From: Bacteroidales bacterium
GTDB taxonomy: Bacteria; Bacteroidota; Bacteroidia; Bacteroidales; UBA1402
Length of the DNA stretch: 64,000 bases
Assembly (NCBI GenBank): GCA_021373135.1
Contig: JAJFTH010000006.1
Location: forward strand, 388,119 to 452,118
Direction of reading: 5' to 3'
Shown: positions 56,423 to 64,000 of the stretch, piece by piece
Numbering within the stretch: the first letter of the stretch is position 1
How the letters are laid out: each line of letters begins with the position of its first letter
Program-made: the position numbers and the translations under genes
Notes under the pieces: generated by a model
Told to the model about the DNA's origin: nothing
The model's database searches: none
The model's input: only the letters and a program-made list of their open reading frames with translations

Positions 56423-56893
56423 TCAGAGAGGCAAAATCTCCGCCAGGATCCGAGTCAGCTCCGTTCGCGTAATGTGCTCTCTGGGGATGATCAGAATGGT
56501 ATCATCTCCGGCAATAGTGCCGAGAATTTCGGCAGAAGCCTTTTGGTCAATATCTGCAGCAATGCCTCCTGAATAACCGGGTTTGGTCTTGACGACGGCA
56601 AAGACACCGCAGAAATCAATGGAAATAAAACCATTGGCTATATAGGAAGCTTCGGGAATTTTTGACCATGATGGCTTGATCATGTTGACTCCATCTGGTA
56701 GAACATATACGTATCCACCTTCATAGTCGGGCATTTTGGCAACTTTCAATTGTTTTAAATCCCTTGATAATGTAGCCTGAGTCAAATCAAAGTTGTTCTT
56801 TTGCAAAAAGGAAAGCAGTTCTTCCTGACTTCCGATTTTGTTGTCCTTAATGATTTCTTTGATTAACAGTAGTCTGTTTGATTTGTCTTTCAT
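56423..56893 (-). CDS. argR: Arginine repressor
   Basis: 156 aa. The winged-helix N-terminus is RLLLIKEIIKDNKIGSQEELLSFLQKNNFDLTQATLSRDLKQL. The C-terminal arginine-binding domain contains GTIAGDDTILII. Confidence 0.9.
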   Translation of the reverse strand: MKDKSNRLLLIKEIIKDNKIGSQEELLSFLQKNNFDLTQATLSRDLKQLKVAKMPDYEGGYVYVLPDGVNMIKPSWSKIPEASYIANGFISIDFCGVFAVVKTKPGYSGGIAADIDQKASAEILGTIAGDDTILIIPREHITRTELTRILAEILPL

Positions 56894-56940
56894 TGGAGAA
56901 TGATTTGTCTATTTCTTGAATAAAAATACAAATATCTCCA

Positions 56941-56971
56941 CAAAAGTAGCTAACATATACGTTTTTACAAA
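56941..56971 (-). promoter_or_regulatory. Candidate Bacteroidetes promoter of the argR operon (-33 TTTG / -7 TAnnTTTG)
   Basis: The minus strand has TTTG (56968-56971), a 19-nt spacer, then TACTTTTG (56941-56948). The -7 box ends 47 nt upstream of ATG 56893. Confidence 0.5.
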
Positions 56972-57003
56972 ATATTATGTGTATTTTTTTTCATAAAAAG
57001 CGT

Positions 57004-57058
57004 ATTTATGCATAAATCACCCCCTTAAGGAGGTCCTTATATGCAAAAATATGCAAAA
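57004..57058. promoter_or_regulatory. Candidate ArgR operators (ARG-box-like TGCA-core palindromes)
   Basis: ATTTATGCATAAAT (57004-57017) is a perfect 14-nt palindrome. TATGCAAAAATATGCAAA (57039-57056) aligns to the ARG-box pattern TnTGnAT-W4-ATnCAnW with symmetric G/C substitutions. Both lie upstream of the predicted argR promoter. Confidence 0.4.
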
Positions 57059-57136
57059 GGTTGTTTGGAAGTTTTACATAGACTATTTAAACCAATGGAT
57101 GTAATGAATAGAAATCGGATCAAATCAGACGTAAAT

Positions 57137-58165
57137 TCATACCGCTTTCCAACCCTGTGCAATCAGGTCAAATTCATTTCCGTCTCTGGTTATGAGCCGG
57201 CTGCCTTTGTCTTTTGAACAAATGTGGCCAATCACACGGATGCCCTCCAATGCAGAAATCTCATCGTGCATGCTTAGTGGAACGGTAAACAGGAGTTCGT
57301 AATCCTCTCCTCCGTTCAATGCTGCGGTGCTTAGGTTCATATTCATTTCTTCAGCTTGGGCTGCTGTTTGATATTCGATGGGAATTTTGTCTTCATAAAT
57401 TCGGCAACCGCAGTTGCTTTTCTTACAGATATGCAGCATTTCTGAAGAGAGACCGTCGGAAATGTCAATCATGGAAGTGGGAACAATGTTCTTCCTGGCA
57501 AGGAGCTCAACGATATCCTTGCGGGCTTCAGGCCTGAGTTGACGTTCCAAAAGATATTCCTTTCCGGTAAAATCGGGATCAATGTCAGCGGCATGGTCGA
57601 ATACCCTTTTTTCTCTTTCCAACAGCTGAAGCCCCATATAGGCTGCTCCAAGGTCTCCGGAGACACAGACCAAATCGTTTTCTTTGGCTCCGCTTCTTAA
57701 TACTGCTTTTCCTTTTTCAACTTCCCCCACACAGGTGATGCTGATCAGCATGCCGGTCAATGAAGCGGAAGTATCACCTCCAACCAAATCTACTCCGTAT
57801 TTTTCACAGGCGGTCTGCAAGCCACCGTAAAATTCTTCCAGGTCTTCCACGCAAAAGCGTTTTGAAATGCCGATTGAAACGATGATCTGCTTTGGTCTGC
57901 CATTCATGGCGTAGATGTCGGAGAAATTGACGACGGCCGATTTGTACCCCAAATGCATGAATGGAGTATATGTCAGGTCGAAATGGATGCCTTCAAGTAG
58001 CAGGTCGTTGGTAACCAGAATGTCTTTTTCCGGATATTCCAGTACGGCTGCATCATCTCCGATACCGACGCGGCTGGAATTGTTATTTAATTTGATGTTT
58101 TCAGTAAGATGCTGAATAAGGCCGAATTCGCCGTATTCGCTGATTTCTGTTCGTTTTTTTTCCAT
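57137..58165 (-). CDS. thiL: Thiamine-monophosphate kinase
   Basis: 342 aa. Contains IGDDAAVL, the AIR-synthase-like fold region GGDTSAS and DISDGLSSE. Confidence 0.88.
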   Translation of the reverse strand: MEKKRTEISEYGEFGLIQHLTENIKLNNNSSRVGIGDDAAVLEYPEKDILVTNDLLLEGIHFDLTYTPFMHLGYKSAVVNFSDIYAMNGRPKQIIVSIGISKRFCVEDLEEFYGGLQTACEKYGVDLVGGDTSASLTGMLISITCVGEVEKGKAVLRSGAKENDLVCVSGDLGAAYMGLQLLEREKRVFDHAADIDPDFTGKEYLLERQLRPEARKDIVELLARKNIVPTSMIDISDGLSSEMLHICKKSNCGCRIYEDKIPIEYQTAAQAEEMNMNLSTAALNGGEDYELLFTVPLSMHDEISALEGIRVIGHICSKDKGSRLITRDGNEFDLIAQGWKAV

Positions 58166-58171
58166 TGTTAG

Positions 58172-58984
58172 CTAAGAGCGATTAATCAATTCCCGCATGA
58201 TTTGCGTCATTTTTGGTTGTGCAGCCAAAGCGGCTTTTTGGACTTTTTCGTGAGATACCTCCACGATCTTGCCTTTCAGACCGATATCTGTGATGACCGA
58301 TATGGCGAAAACTTCAAGCCCTGCATGACGCGCAACAATGACTTCCGGAACGGTTGACATGCCAACCGCGTCACCACCGATCATTTTAAAATACTGAAAT
58401 TCGGCAGGGGTTTCAAAAGTAGGGCCTGAAGTACCGATATAAACCCCCTGATGTAATTTGATGTCCAATTCAGCAGCAATCTCGAGAGCCTTTTTTCGCA
58501 GGCGCGGAGAGTATGCGTCACACATATCCGGAAAGCGTGGTCCCAGCTCTTCGTAATTGGTGCCTCGAAGCGGATGTTCAGGAAAATGATTGATGTGATC
58601 GGTAATCATCATCAGGTCTCCGATTTCAAATTCTTCACGCATGCCGCCGGCTGCATTCGATACAAACAAGGTCTTGATTCCGACGGCCTTCATGACCCGA
58701 ACCGGAAAGGTGACCTGTTTCATATCATAACCTTCATAATAATGGAAACGGCCTTGCATGGCCATAATATCTTTGTTGCCCAGCTTGCCGAAGATAAGCT
58801 TTCCGATGTGCCCTTCAACAGTTGATACCGGAAAATTCGGTATATCTTTATAAGGTATTTCCAGGCTTATTTTTATTTCTTTAACGAGTTCCCCCAGACC
58901 TGTTCCCAGGATGATGGCTGTTTCCGGACGACTGGTCACCCGTTCTTTAAGCCATTCTGCGGTGTCGTTTATTGATTCGTACAT
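58172..58984 (-). CDS. Purine nucleoside phosphorylase (PNP/MTAP family, PunA-type)
   Basis: Contains AIILGTGLG, RFHYYEGY, VSNAAGG and GDAVGMSTVPEV. Start taken at ATG 58984; upstream in-frame ATGs exist. Confidence 0.85.
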   Translation of the reverse strand: MYESINDTAEWLKERVTSRPETAIILGTGLGELVKEIKISLEIPYKDIPNFPVSTVEGHIGKLIFGKLGNKDIMAMQGRFHYYEGYDMKQVTFPVRVMKAVGIKTLFVSNAAGGMREEFEIGDLMMITDHINHFPEHPLRGTNYEELGPRFPDMCDAYSPRLRKKALEIAAELDIKLHQGVYIGTSGPTFETPAEFQYFKMIGGDAVGMSTVPEVIVARHAGLEVFAISVITDIGLKGKIVEVSHEKVQKAALAAQPKMTQIMRELINRS

Positions 58985-60170
58985 AATCCAGTATTTTTTG
59001 ATCGAATAAAGAGCCTTGTTCATCAAGGAAACGAACCTCAAGAGCAGGGTAATATATATAATGAGCCAAAGTCTCCATGTATGAATTGTTGTGAATGCGC
59101 ATCACATCCTTTTCCGTTGAGATGATGACTCCACCGGCTGCTTTTATCTTTTCGAAAGCCTGCCCAATCTTGCGTACATCTTTTTTCTTAAATTCGTGGT
59201 GATCCGGATAAATCATGGCTTCTGCATCCGGACAATATTGATGGACATAGTCGACCAAACTGTCGGGAGAGGCAATACCGGTGAGAATCAGAACTGGCTT
59301 TTTCTCTCTCTTTATCTGATCCATGGTCAGGTTTTCGTAAGAGAAGTCAACTTCCGTATTTTCGGTCTCTTCTGTATTTTCTTCATGGGTGGATTGTTTT
59401 CCGACAGGAGGAATCGATGATAACATGGTTTTCAGCTCTCCATATATCATCGTTGTATAAAATAAGGTTTGATAAGGCTGCAATTTGATGTTGTTTGTTA
59501 AAACACGGAAGTCTATAGGTTTCAGATCGGTTGGACATTTACTGACGATGACGATTTCTGCCCGTTTCATCTGTCCTGCCGGTTCTCTAAGGTTTCCTAC
59601 AGGTAACAGGTGATCCTCTTTCAACATCCTGTTGAAATCAATGAGCAAAATGGAGATGCTCGGATTGACGTACCGATGTTGAAAGGCGTCATCCAGCAAA
59701 ATGATATCGATGAAAGGTTTCATGGATGCGTCCATCAAACTGTGTATGCCTTTTCTTCTGCTTTCATCAACAGCTACAACCAGATTGGAAAATTTCTTTT
59801 TCATCTGTAAAGGTTCGTCGCCTAAATCCGCCAAATTCGATTGATCGTTTGCCAGAAGAAAACCTTTGCTTTTACGCTTGTATCCGCGACTTAACACAGC
59901 GACTTGATAATCCTTGCTTAATAGTCTGATCAGATATTCCGTGTGTGGTGTTTTGCCTGTACCACCAATGGTAATATTCCCGATTGAAATAACAGGCATG
60001 TTGAAATTTTCTGACGGGAGCAACTCAATATTAAAAAACATGTTGCGAAACCAAATGATGATTCCGTAAATCCATGCGAATGGAAACAGATAATAACGCG
60101 CTTTAGATTTTGACACAATGTTGGAATTAATAAACGGTTCAATGTATATCCATATTTTCCATACGGGCAA
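58947..60170 (-). CDS. lpxK: Tetraacyldisaccharide 4'-kinase
   Basis: 407 aa. The P-loop is ISIGNITIGGTGKTP. LSRGYKRK and DDAFQH are also present. It contains an acidic insert (THEENTEETENTE). Confidence 0.88.
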   Translation of the reverse strand: MPVWKIWIYIEPFINSNIVSKSKARYYLFPFAWIYGIIIWFRNMFFNIELLPSENFNMPVISIGNITIGGTGKTPHTEYLIRLLSKDYQVAVLSRGYKRKSKGFLLANDQSNLADLGDEPLQMKKKFSNLVVAVDESRRKGIHSLMDASMKPFIDIILLDDAFQHRYVNPSISILLIDFNRMLKEDHLLPVGNLREPAGQMKRAEIVIVSKCPTDLKPIDFRVLTNNIKLQPYQTLFYTTMIYGELKTMLSSIPPVGKQSTHEENTEETENTEVDFSYENLTMDQIKREKKPVLILTGIASPDSLVDYVHQYCPDAEAMIYPDHHEFKKKDVRKIGQAFEKIKAAGGVIISTEKDVMRIHNNSYMETLAHYIYYPALEVRFLDEQGSLFDQKILDYVRINKRHRRMA

Positions 60171-61896
60171 GTATGCCTGTTTGGATTTTAGCTTCTTTCA
60201 GTTTGAGAAGAGGGGCGTATTCTTCTCCAAAATAACTCAGAGCAATATGCATTTTAGTTTTACCTTCAAATTCTTCCATGAGTTGAGTCATGAAGTTTTT
60301 CTTCTCAGGAAAGCTTACCATGCGATAATTTTTGACTTTCCCAAGTTTGGCTGCGACTTTGATGGCATGGTCGATTCCTCCCAATTCATCAGCAAGACCC
60401 AATTCCACAGCCTTTTCACCTGTCCAAACACGGCCTTCCGCAATTTCCCTGAGTTTTTGGCTATCCATTTTTCGACCTTCGGAACAACGTTTCACGAAAA
60501 GATCATAGCCTTTTTCAATATAGTTTTGTATCTTATGTTTCTCTATTTCAGTCATGGGACGTGTGATGTTTCCAAGATCAGACATATCGTTGGTTTTGAC
60601 AACATCAAAGCTTAGACCAACCTTATCGGCCAATTTGTCGAGAATAAAAAATGTACCGAAAATGCCGATGGATCCGGTAATGGTGTTTGGTGAAGCGATG
60701 ATCTTGTTTGCGTTGCAGGAAATATAATAACCGCCGGATGCTGCATAATCACCCATGGAGACAACCACAGGTTTGACAGCCTTCAAATCGGAGATGGCTT
60801 TCCATATTTGTTCGGAAGCATAAGCACTGCCACCGGGAGAATTCACCCTGAAAACGACAGCCTTGATGGTTTCGTCTTTTTTGATTTTCTCAATTTCTGA
60901 AATCATGTCATCTCTGACGATGCCTTCTGTTCCTTCGTCAAAGATTTCGCCTTCTGCATAGAGCATGGCTATTTTATCTTGCACAAATTTGCTGCTTTTT
61001 TCCGGAACAGTCAGAAAATCACTGACAGAAACCAAATTCAAGTCGTCGATGTCATCCACTCCAGCTTTTTTTGCCAGAAAAGTCCGCATACCAGATTCGT
61101 ATAGGATGCTATCAACCAGTTTGTTCTTGATTAATTCTTCTGTGGGTTGAAACAACATATTCTTGTTTGCCAAGGTGTTCAGTTCATCCGTGGAAATATT
61201 TCTGGATGCAGAAATACCCTTAAGCAAATGCCCCCAGATGCCGCCGATATATTCCTTGGTCTGTAGTCTGCTGGCTTCGCTCATCTTCGTATTGAGATAG
61301 GGTTCGACAGCAGATTTGAAAGTACCGACTCTGAAGATTTCAGCTTTTACACCAAGCTTGTCAAGTGTCCCTTTATAAAAAACAGGAGTTGCAGCCAGTC
61401 CGCAAAAATTCATCATCCCCTGAGGATTAATGAAAATCTTGTCAGCGACTGAACAGATATAATATTCGCGTTGGTCGTAGGTGTCGCCATAGGCGTATAC
61501 CTTTTTCCCGGATTTCTTAAACTCGATCAACGCATTCCTGATTTCTTCAACGCTGGAAAATCCGGCGGACAGCGTCTTGACATCTATATAAATGCCTTTA
61601 ATCTGATCATTGGTCTTAGCCTTGGAAATGGCGGACAAGATGTCATCCAAACCTTGACTTTCCATTTTGGTGTCCACCGGTAACCCCGGTATTGTTAGGT
61701 TGAAAGGATTATCAACAGATTGTTCCTTCAATTCTCCGTTCAGAGAAATTTTCAGAAAACTGTTGTCCTTCAAACGATATTGCCTGTCTGTACTCGAAAT
61801 CGCACCGGCTATAGAGATAATGATCAGGGAAAAAAACAAGAGTGCGATGATAACTCCAACGAAAGATGCCAAGGTGAATTTGAAGAACTGCTTCAT
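60139..61896 (-). CDS. sppA: Signal peptide peptidase SppA, 67K type
   Basis: Two ClpP/crotonase-like halves. The catalytic Ser region is MGDYAASGGYYIS. VNSPGGS is also present. Start taken at ATG 61896 (MKQFFKF, TM anchor). Confidence 0.88.
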   Translation of the reverse strand: MKQFFKFTLASFVGVIIALLFFSLIIISIAGAISSTDRQYRLKDNSFLKISLNGELKEQSVDNPFNLTIPGLPVDTKMESQGLDDILSAISKAKTNDQIKGIYIDVKTLSAGFSSVEEIRNALIEFKKSGKKVYAYGDTYDQREYYICSVADKIFINPQGMMNFCGLAATPVFYKGTLDKLGVKAEIFRVGTFKSAVEPYLNTKMSEASRLQTKEYIGGIWGHLLKGISASRNISTDELNTLANKNMLFQPTEELIKNKLVDSILYESGMRTFLAKKAGVDDIDDLNLVSVSDFLTVPEKSSKFVQDKIAMLYAEGEIFDEGTEGIVRDDMISEIEKIKKDETIKAVVFRVNSPGGSAYASEQIWKAISDLKAVKPVVVSMGDYAASGGYYISCNANKIIASPNTITGSIGIFGTFFILDKLADKVGLSFDVVKTNDMSDLGNITRPMTEIEKHKIQNYIEKGYDLFVKRCSEGRKMDSQKLREIAEGRVWTGEKAVELGLADELGGIDHAIKVAAKLGKVKNYRMVSFPEKKNFMTQLMEEFEGKTKMHIALSYFGEEYAPLLKLKEAKIQTGILARMENMDIH

Positions 61897-61994
61897 AATG
61901 CTGTGAGTTAATAGGATACAAATTATTGACCTAAAATCTGAAATGGAAGACAAATATGACTCAAAATTCCGGATATAACAAGAATTCTTTTAGC

Positions 61995-62033
61995 TAAAAA
62001 ACGATTCGGAATGAGAACATCATTCCGAATCGT
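61995..62033 (-). terminator. Strong rho-independent terminator after the outer-membrane protein gene
   Basis: The minus strand reads ACGATTCGGAATGA-tgttc-TCATTCCGAATCGT (perfect 14-bp stem) followed by T6. Confidence 0.85.
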
Positions 62034-62055
62034 CTATCGTAATTTAATGGGGAAA

Positions 62056-63468
62056 TTAATGCTTGTCAGGCAAATGACCCAGTCCAAGTGGTATACTTAC
62101 ACCAAGTTGGAAGTTTGAGGTCATGGTATTAAGTGGTATGTACTGAGGAGTAACTTTCAGGAAAGTATAGTCACAAGCCATGAAGATATTGATGATGCCT
62201 GGCATAAAGCCAAGGGCAAAACCGAAAGTTTCGCCTTTTCCATGCATAAAGGAGTAACTTCCTGACAGATTAAACCACTTTGAAGGTCTCAGATTGAGTG
62301 ATCCCATCAACTCCGAGTAGTTTTCATCTTCCATCATTCGGGTGGTATAAAGCACACCTAAGCTTAACTTGTCTTTTAATACGGAATATTCGACACCGGC
62401 ATTGATGGTCGGGAAAAGTTTCTGCGTATAGTCTCCGGAAGCAGCCTGTTCTTTGAAATTAGCCATTTCTATCAAATCGTCTTTCAACTCTTCAAGCTGA
62501 TCTTCTGTTGAATTAGATTCATTTTCATCCTGATTTCCGATGTTTTCAAATCCAGTGTATGTCGTTGTCCCTGAAGATTTTGCCTGAAGGATATTATCCT
62601 TTTTCCATTTGATACTACCCAAATCTACAATTGCTGCAGAAATATCAAGGTCGCGAATGGGGGAATAGGTGACTCCCAGGTCAAAGGCCATTCCTGAACC
62701 CCCCATGCCTGGAGAGTCGATATTGACTCCATTGATATTTTGGTCTTCATCTTTTTCGAAGGTCAGACCTTTCCCATAGACATCCATTTGTCCTTCTGTC
62801 GTGACTGTCCATGCTGCATCGCTCATGTAAATATCCATCTTTTTCAGACAGGCTTTGATGTTCGCTCCGCCTGCCAGATATTTAATCTTGCCGCCAACCC
62901 GTAAATTGTTCATGATGTTGCGGGAATATCCCAATGCAACTTCTGCAAACGCTCCAGCCTCAATAGACAGGTTGTCAAGATGATACTCGTTTACAGAATT
63001 TGCCTTACCTACCTTAGCAAACGCAAACAGATCGTAAGGTAGATTCAGGCTCATATTTACACGGCTGGCTACATCAAATGTCCAGAAGTCTGTTCCGGAA
63101 TAGAATCCGAGAGACAAGATGCTTGTCCTTATGTCCATTCTCAGAAAGTTGTTGGGGTCAATTCGGGAAAGGAAATCGGCGGCATCAACATCAGGGCTGA
63201 GAAAGGAAAGGAGCTCTCCGCCTGGTGTGACAGCAGGATAAATAAAATCTGTAAATGCCATATTGGATTCAACACCTAAAGATAATTCTCCAACGACTGG
63301 TAGACTGAAATAACCCCTTGTCGGCGTAAGTGCAGGATTCATCAAATGCCTGTTGGTCGCATTATCCATGAAGTAAGCTGTACGTGCAATTGATTGTGCA
63401 TTTGCAAACTGTGAGGCAACACATAAAACCAGTGACCAAAATCCGTATCTTAAGATTTTCTTTTTCAT
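62056..63468 (-). CDS. Putative outer-membrane beta-barrel protein, family not recognised
   Basis: 470 aa. The signal peptide is MKKKILRYGFWSLVLCVASQFANAQ. Alternating beta-strand-like segments with aromatic girdle residues run through the protein, and the C-terminal strand is FQLGVSIPLG. Confidence 0.5.
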   Translation of the reverse strand: MKKKILRYGFWSLVLCVASQFANAQSIARTAYFMDNATNRHLMNPALTPTRGYFSLPVVGELSLGVESNMAFTDFIYPAVTPGGELLSFLSPDVDAADFLSRIDPNNFLRMDIRTSILSLGFYSGTDFWTFDVASRVNMSLNLPYDLFAFAKVGKANSVNEYHLDNLSIEAGAFAEVALGYSRNIMNNLRVGGKIKYLAGGANIKACLKKMDIYMSDAAWTVTTEGQMDVYGKGLTFEKDEDQNINGVNIDSPGMGGSGMAFDLGVTYSPIRDLDISAAIVDLGSIKWKKDNILQAKSSGTTTYTGFENIGNQDENESNSTEDQLEELKDDLIEMANFKEQAASGDYTQKLFPTINAGVEYSVLKDKLSLGVLYTTRMMEDENYSELMGSLNLRPSKWFNLSGSYSFMHGKGETFGFALGFMPGIINIFMACDYTFLKVTPQYIPLNTMTSNFQLGVSIPLGLGHLPDKH

Positions 63469-63482
63469 ATCGCTTGCATATT

Positions 63483-64000
63483 TTATTTATCACCAATGTT
63501 TATTCCTCCTTTGAGGCGTACTTTTAAATCAGCTTTGATATAGTTCTCCGGTTTGATAGCGGTTCCGGCTGGTGTACCGTTTGTACAGGCTTTAAATACC
63601 AACTCAAAACCTCTTACATCTTTCATCAATCCATCAGGGTCTTCAAATTTGAGGGATATCTTGGATGAAACCGCACTTCCGTCGAATGCACCTGATTTAA
63701 TCACCTGTGAAACAGAGTCGACGGCTATATAGTTGTTGTCTTTGTCCAACGGATACATGGTGAAATCAAGTTGGAGAGGAATGGAATTGAGGACGTCTCC
63801 GAATATTTCAAGACTTTTCCCTGAGAATGCGAGATCTCCGATGGATTCATCCAAATCTGAAATGGTGTCACGTATTTCAATATTCAATTCATCTCCGAAA
63901 GCCATAGGAACTCTGACATCATATTTGATCTTCATCTTGTATTCTGCATTCAGGTCGATATGGTGTTTCTCTTCGGTATTTGCCTGTGCATCAACAACGA
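63483..64000 (-). CDS. Hypothetical protein, C-terminal part (5' end outside window)
   Basis: The reading frame stays open upstream of the listed Met (63935) to the window edge (…VVDAQANTEEKHHIDLNAEYKMKIKYD…). It is co-oriented with the beta-barrel gene and 14 nt upstream of it. Confidence 0.5.
   Translation of the reverse strand, partial: VVDAQANTEEKHHIDLNAEYKMKIKYDVRVPMAFGDELNIEIRDTISDLDESIGDLAFSGKSLEIFGDVLNSIPLQLDFTMYPLDKDNNYIAVDSVSQVIKSGAFDGSAVSSKISLKFEDPDGLMKDVRGFELVFKACTNGTPAGTAIKPENYIKADLKVRLKGGINIGDK

Noticed and set aside
1-64000. Search for CRISPR arrays, IS elements/transposases, rRNA genes and toxin-antitoxin pairs.
   Set aside because: I noticed no regularly spaced direct repeats, no transposase-like ORFs with terminal inverted repeats and no rRNA-like sequence. 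The only small regulator-type ORFs (RHH at 8030-8209, XRE at 45089-45442) lack an adjacent toxin-sized partner.

Overview
Chromosomal window from a Bacteroidota organism, probably Bacteroidales-like. Supporting signs are a T9SS-type C-terminal sorting domain, sigma-54, TAnnTTTG-type promoter boxes, a succinyl-type arginine gene set and no Shine-Dalgarno dependence. The window has two parts. (1) nt 1-9300 is a visibly AT-richer accessory island that ends at the 3' end of a tRNA-Met(CAT) gene at 9301-9375. It carries the 3' part of an SNF2-like helicase gene cut by the window edge. It also carries two overlapping reverse-transcriptase genes followed by a structured, terminator-capped 3' tail; I interpret this as a DRT3-like (UG3+UG8 RT + ncRNA) anti-phage module. 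The rest of the island is a prim-pol/P-loop helicase replication gene, a 59-codon ribbon-helix-helix gene missing from the ORF track, and about 1.1 kb of ORF-free repeat-rich DNA next to the tRNA. No integrase or att repeat is visible in the window, so the other island end lies upstream. (2) nt 9400-64000 is densely packed housekeeping DNA: a HAD-ribF fusion, lrp, an FKBP PPIase, nucleoside kinase, rpoN, gcvH, purE, long-form ispG, a T9SS serine protease, a lolE-like permease, rbfA, pyk, aroQ, xerD, tig-clpP-clpX-recQ, three parvulin/SurA-like genes plus an OstA-like gene, mutL, trpS, a large arg/pro supercluster (argR-GNAT-argG-argC-argD / proC-sORF-proB-proA-cinA-argF'), thiL, PNP, lpxK and sppA. 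The main finding is the two-RT module, whose candidate ncRNA hairpin displays a CACACACA loop. Secondary findings are a nested inverted-repeat element near the replication genes, a structured 283-nt argD-proC spacer with duplicated start contexts, an unlisted sORF coupled to proB, and a HAD-FAD synthetase fusion. All calls come from reading motifs by eye; no database search was possible.
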